DNA from: Chlamydiota bacterium
GTDB lineage: Bacteria > Auribacterota > Tritonobacteria > UBA1439
Direction of reading: 5' to 3'
NCBI GenBank assembly: GCA_037133055.1
Contig: JBAXOY010000035.1
Location: 1 to 26,796, forward strand
Length of the DNA stretch: 26,796 bases
The position numbers and the translations under genes were made by a program. Below the pieces are notes generated by a model. The model did not search any database, was not told the DNA's origin, and saw nothing but the letters and a program-made list of their open reading frames with translations. Below, piece by piece: positions 10,455 to 17,723 of this stretch (the first letter of the stretch is position 1; each line of letters begins with the position of its first letter).

Positions 10455-11110
10455 CTGGGTTTCCTCTTTCCTGTGTGTCGGTCCGGTGTCTCGCGCGGCG
10501 CGCCTTCTCCCGCCGCCTTCTCTTTCGCGGCCGGGCCAGGGCCGCCGGAGACGGCGGGCGCGGGGGCCGTCCTCACGGCGGGGAGTTCCTTGATCACGTC
10601 GCCGGCGGGGAGGGCCTGCGCGGGCGGGTAGACGCGCACCGCCAGCCGGTACGCGCCCGGCACCGCCGAGATGGCCATCTGCCCGAAGAAGGAGTCCTGG
10701 CTCACGGCGTTCGAGATCCTTTCGACCTTTACGAGCGCGAGCAGTATCAGCACCGCGCACGCGAAGAGGAACGCCTTCGCGCCCCCCAGGACGGCCCCCC
10801 CGGTCTTCTCCAGGGCGGCGACGCCCGGGAGCCGGGCGAGGTGATGCAGCGTTTGGTTGAGCATGTAGAAGAGGGCGAGGACGCACAGGAAGACGGCCGA
10901 GAAGCCGCAGGCGATCGCGACGTTGCGGCCACCGGGGAGATGGGGGGCGAACCGGTCTGCGGCGGCCTCGTAGAACTTGAAGGAGAGGGCGATGGCGCAC
11001 AGGATGCCGAGAAACCGCAGGAGCTCCCCGGAGAGCCCCCGCCGGTGGCCGATGACCACCCCGCGGACCACGAACAGCACGACCACCAGGTCGATCCAGT
11101 GAAATCTCAT
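10451..11110 (-). CDS. cvpA: CvpA (colicin V production) family membrane protein
   Basis: MRFHWIDLVVV...G.RRGL..E pattern, four TM segments, 'LEKTGGAVLGGAK'. Confidence 0.8.
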   Translation of the reverse strand: MRFHWIDLVVVLFVVRGVVIGHRRGLSGELLRFLGILCAIALSFKFYEAAADRFAPHLPGGRNVAIACGFSAVFLCVLALFYMLNQTLHHLARLPGVAALEKTGGAVLGGAKAFLFACAVLILLALVKVERISNAVSQDSFFGQMAISAVPGAYRLAVRVYPPAQALPAGDVIKELPAVRTAPAPAVSGGPGPAAKEKAAGEGAPRETPDRHTGKRKPR

Positions 11111-11158
11111 GGTGACGACGCCTCGCGCGCCTGGAAATCCAAAAAACTTTAAACGATA

Positions 11159-11187
11159 ATTATAACACAGCACGGGAGTAAGGTCAA
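11159..11187 (-). promoter_or_regulatory. Strong sigma70 promoter for cvpA-nif3-dnaG-rpoD-mcd
   Basis: On the minus strand: TTGACC (11187-11182), 17 bp spacer, TATAAT (11164-11159) with TGn extension. Confidence 0.75.
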
Positions 11188-11214
11188 AATGTATTATGGC
11201 AAATGTCTTATGGC
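11187..11214. repeat. Tandem 14-bp direct repeat adjoining the -35 box
   Basis: AAATGTATTATGGC / AAATGTCTTATGGC (13 of 14 identical). Confidence 0.7.
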
Positions 11215-11272
11215 AAAATTCGTGAACGCACGGGTACATCATGAACCGTGGGGAGGGCGCATGGCGCACCTG

Positions 11273-11839
11273 TCACTCGTCCCCCTGGAGCATGAGCACA
11301 GTCCCCATCAGGATCCATATCCCCACGACAAGATATTTCCAGAGTCCCCCCCCCGCCGTCGATGCCCGGGTCAGCACATTCACCACATCCTCATGGCCGT
11401 TGACGGCCGCGAGGAAGAGCGCGGTTACACCCTGTTCGTACAGTGCGGTTTCCCCGACCTGAATGCTCGCGTCGGCGCCGTGCGCGAGGAGGAGTTCCGC
11501 GACCGCGGCGTGCCCGTGAGCGGCGGCGGCCATAAGCGGCGTCATGGCGATCACCCCGGTCGAGGGGACTGGCCGCGGGATCTTGTTCGGGTCGGCTCCA
11601 TGATCGAGAAGGAACCGCACGACCTCCGCGTGGCCGCCCTCCGCTGCGAGGAAGAGGGGGGTTCCGCCGCTTCGGCCCTGTGTGTTGACATCGACGCCGT
11701 CGGCGATGCATTTCGCCACCGCCGCGACGTCGCCTTCCCGCGACGCCTTGAGGAGGAGTTCGCTCTTTTCCCCCGCGGGATCTGGTATGCCCGCGAGTGT
11801 CGCCATGAACAGCCCGGAGAGGAAGAGGGATCGCCTCAT
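11273..11839 (-). CDS. Ankyrin-repeat protein with N-terminal signal-like segment and C-terminal TM helix
   Basis: GGTPLFLAAEGGHAEVVRFLLDHGADPN, TPLMAAAAHGHAAVAELLLAHGAD, TALFLAAVNGHEDVVNVL. C-terminal WKYLVVGIWILMGTVLML. Confidence 0.88.
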   Translation of the reverse strand: MRRSLFLSGLFMATLAGIPDPAGEKSELLLKASREGDVAAVAKCIADGVDVNTQGRSGGTPLFLAAEGGHAEVVRFLLDHGADPNKIPRPVPSTGVIAMTPLMAAAAHGHAAVAELLLAHGADASIQVGETALYEQGVTALFLAAVNGHEDVVNVLTRASTAGGGLWKYLVVGIWILMGTVLMLQGDE

Positions 11840-13411
11840 TCAGGGCACTCCTTTGCTGAGCCTGATCGCTTCGCGATGCCGGTGCGCGATGTCGTCCAGT
11901 TGTGCGCGCTCCGAGGCGGAGAGGCGTCCGAGGGCCCCGCGGGTGAGCGCGTCCAGCTCGCGGCCCTCCTGCGCGCTCAACGGCCGCGCTGCCCGGCCCT
12001 TGAGCGCGGTCAGCCGGTCTCTTTCTTCCGGGGGGCACCGCGACAGCATGGTGAGCGCGAGAAACCGCGCGCGCAGCATCTCGCCGGGGAGGATGTAGAT
12101 CCTGTCCGCGGGGCTTTGCACGATGTCGGGCATCTGCCATGCCGACCGGGCATCGTTGAGCACCGTGAGGTTGTGGGTGAGCATGAGGATCGTCGCCGCG
12201 CCAAGCAGCGGTATCCCGATCCGCCGCGGCGCCCAGGCGGCCACCGCCGCGGGCACTATAAGCAGCATGAGGGGGAGCATCACGGGGGGTGTGTGGAGCA
12301 ATGCCGTGCGGCGAAAGATCACGAACAGGCTCAGCAGGTCGGCGACCAGCCAGCAGAGGAGGGCCTGGAGTCGCGGGCATGAAATGATGCGCGCCCTGAC
12401 CGCGCGAAGCGATCCGAGAACGAGGACGGACACGATCGTAAAAAAACCGTAGGCGGGAAACATGGGGGCCCAGGGGGGAAGTGCCGCACTCCGGCCGCAC
12501 TGCTCCGGAGAGAGGGGCGAGAATGCGTCACGGAAAATGATACGCAGCGAGCGGGCAATGCACCGCGCGTCGAACATCCAACGGGAGGAGGTGTGCGCTC
12601 TTCTATACACCGGCATCCACGTGCACACCGCGTCCATCCCGAAGGCCGTCCGGCCCGAGAAGTACGCGTACGCCTGATACGTTGCCCCGATGAGCGCGCA
12701 CGCTCCAAGCGCGATCGCGCACATATATCCCGCCCTTTTCGCCCACGCCATGGAGGGCGTGCGGGCGACGAGATACAGGGGAAGAATAAGCAGAAAAACA
12801 GACCGCAGATCGCACAGGCTGCTCAACGCAATGAGGCCGACCACCCCCGCGCCCCATCGCCATCCCGACCCTGCATCTTTCTTGCAGATGAAGAGAAGAA
12901 ACAGATTGACGCTGAGAGCGGTGAGCGCATAGCTTTCGGAAATGCTCGACATCAGCCACATTGAATAGGTAAATGCGTAGCAGGCGGCTGCAATGGCTGC
13001 ACGCCGCGTATCCGCCATGAATCCGAGGAAGAGAAAGTAGGCGATCGCCGCGGAGGTCGCGCCATAGAGCGCCCCGGGGAACACGAGCGCGACCGTATCG
13101 CTGTTCATCCCGCAGAAGAGTCTTGCCCGGTCGGCGCACCGGTAGAGCGCGCGGCCGAGGGGGGCGTAGAGGAGGTGCTTGCGCATGTCCGTTTCATTCG
13201 GCGCGCCTCTCAGAGCCGCCGCATACTCGGGAATATCGGCGTCGAACGATCCGGCTTCCGGAAACAAGAAAAGGCGCGGTGTGGGGATGAAAGTCGTTTG
13301 ATAGACCAGGAAGGCGCTCGTCCACAACACGACCGTGATGGCGATATGCCCGCGCCGCGCGCGACCGGCGGGGGCGCCGCGGAAAACGGCCGGAGGGTGA
13401 GCGGGCGCCAT
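11840..13411 (-). CDS. Polytopic membrane protein, possibly GT-C (ArnT/PMT-like) glycosyltransferase
   Basis: ATG 13411 overlaps the rsmE TGA. About 10 hydrophobic segments. First loop has 'FDAD...KHLLY.PL'; 'FTYSMWLMSSISESYAL' resembles GT-C patterns. The family call is inference. Confidence 0.55.
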   Translation of the reverse strand: MAPAHPPAVFRGAPAGRARRGHIAITVVLWTSAFLVYQTTFIPTPRLFLFPEAGSFDADIPEYAAALRGAPNETDMRKHLLYAPLGRALYRCADRARLFCGMNSDTVALVFPGALYGATSAAIAYFLFLGFMADTRRAAIAAACYAFTYSMWLMSSISESYALTALSVNLFLLFICKKDAGSGWRWGAGVVGLIALSSLCDLRSVFLLILPLYLVARTPSMAWAKRAGYMCAIALGACALIGATYQAYAYFSGRTAFGMDAVCTWMPVYRRAHTSSRWMFDARCIARSLRIIFRDAFSPLSPEQCGRSAALPPWAPMFPAYGFFTIVSVLVLGSLRAVRARIISCPRLQALLCWLVADLLSLFVIFRRTALLHTPPVMLPLMLLIVPAAVAAWAPRRIGIPLLGAATILMLTHNLTVLNDARSAWQMPDIVQSPADRIYILPGEMLRARFLALTMLSRCPPEERDRLTALKGRAARPLSAQEGRELDALTRGALGRLSASERAQLDDIAHRHREAIRLSKGVP

Positions 13412-14178
13412 CAGGGCTTCTCCAGTTCCCTTCTCGACATGAGGTGCAGCCCGAGGATCGCCGCGCCGGCAACGGCGGCGGTCTCGGCCCTGAGCAAAGC
13501 GTCGGCCAGGCGGCAGGGGCGGGCCCCCCGCGCGACCAGTGCGTCGAGCTCCTCCGGCGTGAAGTCCCCCTCGGGGCCGATGACGAGAAGGGGCCGGGAC
13601 GCCGCGTCCGGTCCGAGCCGTTCGAGGAGCGTCCCGAGCGGGACGCTGTCCTCGCGGAGGCACGCGACGAAGACCGCGTCGTGGAGGCGGAAGAAGGCGG
13701 TGCGGGCGTCGGCGTCGGCGAGGACGGTCACCTCGGGCGCGAACTCCCGCCTGCACTGGCGGCAGGCCTCGAGGGCGATCCTGCGCCAGCGGTCCGCCCG
13801 CGCATCTCCGGGCGATGCGCCCGCGTTCCTCGGCACGCTCCTCTCTGCGGCGAATCCCGCGATCGCGGAGGCCCCGAGCTCCGTGCACGCCCGCACGGCA
13901 TGGTCCATGGCTGGGGCCTTCAAAATGGCCTGGGCGACGGAGAAGCCGTGCGTCGGTTTCGGGGCGCGCCGCTCCTCGATCACCGCGAGCGCGCCCGACT
14001 TCCCGTTGAGGGAGCGGAGCGACGCCCGTGCCGTCCACCCGGCCCCGTCGAAGGCGGTGACCTCTTCCCCCGCGCGCAGCCGCAGTACGTGCCGGATGTA
14101 GTGCGCCTCGGCGGGGAGGAGCGGGAGTTCGCTTCCCCGGTGTGAATCGGGGGCTACGTAGACGCGCCGCTCGTGCAG
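13411..14178 (-). CDS. rsmE: 16S rRNA m3U1498 methyltransferase; N-terminus extends beyond ORF-track start, probable CTG start at 14178
   Basis: Manual translation upstream of 13983 gives (L)HERRVYV...EAHYIRHVLRLRAGEEVTAFDGAG. The core has ACTELG, EACRQCRR, IGPEGDFT and LLRAETAA. Confidence 0.88.
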   Translation of the reverse strand: MHERRVYVAPDSHRGSELPLLPAEAHYIRHVLRLRAGEEVTAFDGAGWTARASLRSLNGKSGALAVIEERRAPKPTHGFSVAQAILKAPAMDHAVRACTELGASAIAGFAAERSVPRNAGASPGDARADRWRRIALEACRQCRREFAPEVTVLADADARTAFFRLHDAVFVACLREDSVPLGTLLERLGPDAASRPLLVIGPEGDFTPEELDALVARGARPCRLADALLRAETAAVAGAAILGLHLMSRRELEKP

Positions 14179-14195
14179 TGGGTGCGTTGGGGCAT

Positions 14196-14256
14196 CCCTT
14201 CCCCCTCCCGACGGGGGAGGGGCATCCTGCCTGCCGTCAGGCAGGGGTGGGGGTGA
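14196..14256. repeat. REP-like palindromic element with nested CCTGCCTGCCGTCAGGCAGG palindrome
   Basis: CCCCTCCC-GACGG-GGGAGGGG hairpin...GGGGTGGGGGTGA, with a near-perfect 20-bp palindrome at 14226-14245. Confidence 0.6.
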
Positions 14257-14329
14257 TGCTGCGGTTGAAAGTTCCGGGCCGAAAGTCGAAAGCGCCGTGG
14301 GGCTTCCGGCCCTGAGCGTTCCACTCCGG

Positions 14330-15481
14330 TCACGCGCCGGTGAAGAATTTCTTCGCGCGCTCGAGAAACGAGCTGCTCATCGGGTGGACGCGCCCGCCTC
14401 CGAGCTCGGCGAATTTCCTGAGGAGCCCCTTCTGTTCCTCGCTCATGTCGACTGGGGTTTCGAGGGACACCCGCACGTACTGGTCGCCGTGCCCCATGCC
14501 GTTCACGTTCGGCATCCCCTTGCCCTTCAGGCGGAACGTCTTGCCGGTCTGCGAACCCGCGGGGATGGTGAGCTGGACCTTTCCGCTCAGCGTGGGGACA
14601 TCCGCCGTGCCGCCGAGCGCCGCCGTCACGAAGCTGAGCGGGACCTCGCAGAGGACGTCGTCCCCGTGGCGCTGGAAAATCTCGTGCTCCTTCACGTGGA
14701 CGACGATGTACAGGTCGCCCGCCTGGGCGCCGTGGACCCCCGCCTCGCCCTCTCCCTGTATCTTGAGGCGCGAGCCGGTCTCGATGCCCGGGGGCACCTT
14801 CACGGACATCTTCTTTTTGCGCCGCATGCGCCCCTCGCCGTGGCAGCGCGGGCACGCCTCCTTCGCCGTCGACCCCGCGCCGCCGCATCGCGGGCAGGGG
14901 TGTCTCCGGACCTGCCATCCGAAAAATCCCTGGACGCGCTCCTCGACGACGCCGTGCCCGCCGCACGCGTCGCATCCCGTCCGCGAGGTCCCCGGCTTCG
15001 CGCCGCTCCCGCGGCAGTCGCCGCAGAAGTCGAGGCGGGGAAACGAGAACTCCCGTGTGCAGCCGCCGGCCGTATCCTCGAGGGAGATCTCGAGGTCGTA
15101 CCGGAGGTCGTCCCCGCGCGCGGGTCCGCGGCGGTGCGCGGTGAAGCCGAAGAAATCGTCGAAGATGCTCCCCCCGCCGCCGAAGGCGCCCATGAAGGTG
15201 CGGAGCGCCTCCTCGAGGTCGATCCCGTTGAACCCGCCGAATCCCCCGGGCCCCCCACGGAGGCCCGCGTGGCCGAATCGGTCGTACCGCGCCCGCTTCT
15301 CGGCGTCGCTCAGCACCTCGTAGGCGACGGAGACCTCCTTGAAGCGCTCCTCGGCGGTCTTGTCGCCCGGGTTCTTGTCCGGGTGGTACTTGACCGCGAG
15401 CTTCCGGTAGGCCTTCTTTATCTCTTCGGCCGGGGCGTTCCTCGCCACGCCGAGCACCTCGTAATAGTCACGCTTTGCCAT
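14330..15481 (-). CDS. dnaJ: Chaperone DnaJ
   Basis: [15 protein letters not shown] motif, G/F-rich region, four CxxCxGxG motifs, C-terminal domain. Confidence 0.97.
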   Translation of the reverse strand: MAKRDYYEVLGVARNAPAEEIKKAYRKLAVKYHPDKNPGDKTAEERFKEVSVAYEVLSDAEKRARYDRFGHAGLRGGPGGFGGFNGIDLEEALRTFMGAFGGGGSIFDDFFGFTAHRRGPARGDDLRYDLEISLEDTAGGCTREFSFPRLDFCGDCRGSGAKPGTSRTGCDACGGHGVVEERVQGFFGWQVRRHPCPRCGGAGSTAKEACPRCHGEGRMRRKKKMSVKVPPGIETGSRLKIQGEGEAGVHGAQAGDLYIVVHVKEHEIFQRHGDDVLCEVPLSFVTAALGGTADVPTLSGKVQLTIPAGSQTGKTFRLKGKGMPNVNGMGHGDQYVRVSLETPVDMSEEQKGLLRKFAELGGGRVHPMSSSFLERAKKFFTGA

Positions 15482-15519
15482 GTTGCTCCGACATACGGAT
15501 CTCAAATTCCAGATCGACG

Positions 15520-16188
15520 TTACGACGCGGCCGTTCCGTCGTCCGCGCTTTTCGGGGGAGCCGCGACCGTCACCACCGCCGGCCTGAGCAGTCGCCCGTT
15601 CAGCGTGTAGCCCCTGAGCTGCTCGCCGACGACCGTCCCCTCGGGCTGCGCGTCCGTTTCGACCTGCGCGACGGCCTCGTGAAGTTCGGGGTTGAACTTC
15701 TGCCCGACCGCCTCGACCGGCCGGAGCCCGAACTTGTCGAGTACGGTGAGGAGCTGTTTCCGGATGAGCGAAACGCCGTCCGCCATCCCCTTCGCGGCGG
15801 CGGAGTTCCCTGCGGAGTCGAGGGCGCGCCCGAAGTTGTCGAGGACGACGATCAGTTCTCCCATGAGCTCCTCCTGCCCGAACTTGAGCAGGTCGCTGCG
15901 CTCGCGCTCGGCCCTCTTCTTGTAGTTCTCGAGGTCCGCCGCTGTCCGGAGCAGCCGGTCGAAGTATTCGTCGGCCTTCGCCGCCTTTTCGCGCAGGGCC
16001 TTGAGCTCCTCTTCCGGGACGCGCATTTCCGGCGGGGGCGCATGCTCCCCCGCCGGCGCTCCGTGCGCCATCGCCGCGGCCCTCTCCATGGCGATGGCGA
16101 GGTGCGACTTCACCTGCTTCTTCTCGTGCCGTGCTTCGTGTTTCGCCTCGGGCTTCAGCTCGTGCTCCCTGTCATGGTTCCTGGTCAT
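15520..16188 (-). CDS. grpE: Nucleotide exchange factor GrpE
   Basis: [51 protein letters not shown]. Confidence 0.96.
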   Translation of the reverse strand: MTRNHDREHELKPEAKHEARHEKKQVKSHLAIAMERAAAMAHGAPAGEHAPPPEMRVPEEELKALREKAAKADEYFDRLLRTAADLENYKKRAERERSDLLKFGQEELMGELIVVLDNFGRALDSAGNSAAAKGMADGVSLIRKQLLTVLDKFGLRPVEAVGQKFNPELHEAVAQVETDAQPEGTVVGEQLRGYTLNGRLLRPAVVTVAAPPKSADDGTAAS

Positions 16189-16268
16189 GCGTCACGCTCC
16201 TCACGGGGATTGCTGCGCGGAAAAGGAAGGGCCCATCGGGGATGAATCCCCCCATTGCGCCATGCACC

Positions 16269-16297
16269 AGTATACGGGCGCGCGCCGTTCCTGTCAA
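16269..16297 (-). promoter_or_regulatory. Near-consensus sigma70 promoter for grpE-dnaJ
   Basis: On the minus strand: TTGACA (16297-16292), 17 bp spacer, TATACT (16274-16269). Confidence 0.75.
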
Positions 16298-16324
16298 CGC
16301 CCCGGGGATTCACGCCCCGGGGAA

Positions 16325-17452
16325 TCAGCCGCCGAGGTAGATCCGGTGCTGGACCTGCTTCCCCATGGCGCACATCACGTCGTAGGGGATGGTGCCGGTG
16401 AGGTCGGCGACCTCGTTGACGGTGATCTCGCTGTCCCCCTGCCTCCCGATGACCACGACCTCGTCCCCGACCTGCGCGCCCGGGATGTGGCCGACGTCGA
16501 TCATCGTCTGGTCCATGGTGACGTTGCCGACGACGGGGGCGCGCTGGCCGCGCACCAGGACCTCGCCCCTGTTGGAGAGGAGGCGGCAGTAGCCGTCGCC
16601 GTAGCCGATGGGGATGGTGGCCACCCGCGTGTCGCGGTAGGTGACGTAGCTCCGGCAGTAGCTGATCGACCTCCCCGGGGGCACATTCTTGAGGAAGCAG
16701 ATCTCTGTCTTCAACGTGAGCGCGGCGCGGAGCGGGATGCTCTTGATCACTTCCCGGGAGGGGTAGACGCCGTAGAGCATGATGCCGATCCGGGCGAGGG
16801 TGAAATACGACGAGGGGAGGCCGAGGAGCGCCCCGCTGTTGGCGATGTGCGTCAGGGGGAAGCGGATACCCGCGCGCGCGCACTTCCCGAGCACCCGCTT
16901 GAACCGGTCGAGCTGCAGCTTCGTGAAGGAGAGGTCACGGTCGGCGGCGCAGGCGAAGTGGGAGGAGAGTCCCTGGATCCGCACCCCCTTCGTCCTGCGG
17001 GCCCGCCGTATGAAGTCGAACGCCCCCTCGTGCCAGACGCCGATGCGGCCCATCCCGGTGTCGATGACGATGTGGACATCCACGATCCGCTTCGCCCTGC
17101 GCGCGGCGCCGGCCACCGCCTCGAGCATTTCCAGCGAGCAGATGACCGGGGTGACGCGGTGCCGCACGATCGCTCCCGCGTGGCCCGCCATCCCCGCGCT
17201 GAGGATAAGTATCCTGGCGGAGGGGTGGGACCTGCGGAGCTGCAGCGCCTCATGGATATTCGAAACCCCGAGCCAGCTCGCCCCTGCCTGGAGCGCCGCG
17301 CGGGATATCTGCGACATCCCGTGCCCGTAGGCGTCGGCCTTGACCACGGCGAGGAGGCCGACGCCGCGACCGAGCCGCGCGCGTATCTTCGCGATATTCT
17401 CCCGCACCGCACCGAGGTCGATCTCGGCCCAGGTCTTGTAGAGTTTTTCCAT
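16325..17452 (-). CDS. alr: Alanine racemase
   Basis: TWAEIDL, AVVKADAYGHG (PLP lysine), DTGMGRIG, SHFA, ANSG, PIGYGDGY, VGNVTMDQ. Confidence 0.97.
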   Translation of the reverse strand: MEKLYKTWAEIDLGAVRENIAKIRARLGRGVGLLAVVKADAYGHGMSQISRAALQAGASWLGVSNIHEALQLRRSHPSARILILSAGMAGHAGAIVRHRVTPVICSLEMLEAVAGAARRAKRIVDVHIVIDTGMGRIGVWHEGAFDFIRRARRTKGVRIQGLSSHFACAADRDLSFTKLQLDRFKRVLGKCARAGIRFPLTHIANSGALLGLPSSYFTLARIGIMLYGVYPSREVIKSIPLRAALTLKTEICFLKNVPPGRSISYCRSYVTYRDTRVATIPIGYGDGYCRLLSNRGEVLVRGQRAPVVGNVTMDQTMIDVGHIPGAQVGDEVVVIGRQGDSEITVNEVADLTGTIPYDVMCAMGKQVQHRIYLGG

Positions 17453-17650
17453 CGGCGCCCCATCCCCGATCAGAGGAGTGATTATACCCCACGGGGGGCG
17501 CGCGGAGAAGCGTCGAATACGCACGGTCGGGGGGAAACAGGCCGGGGGGGACGGTTTTGGGGCGGCCCCCCGGATTGACGCGGCGCCGCGGGGAGAAAAA
17601 TACGGAAAGATACGGGGGGAAAAATATGGGAAAAAATGGGAAAAAATACA

Positions 17651-17679
17651 TTGCCCCGCGGAAATCCGTGAAGTATACT
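17651..17679 (+). promoter_or_regulatory. Putative sigma70 promoter for PEGA protein, preceded by repeated A-tracts
   Basis: TTGCCC (17651-17656), 17 bp spacer, TATACT (17674-17679). GGGAAAAAAT-like tracts at 17591-17648. Confidence 0.6.
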
Positions 17680-17723
17680 ATGGGTAAGTTGAATCTGTGT
17701 CTGGGCAGGGAAAAGGTCTCCGT

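Noticed and set aside
494..17578. Many long overlapping or antisense ORFs in the track (e.g. 692-2212, 2303-4147, 4525-6003, 6087-7742, 7600-9912, 16001-17578)
   Set aside because: Shadow frames of well-supported genes in very GC-rich DNA; Arg/Gly/Pro-rich with no motifs.
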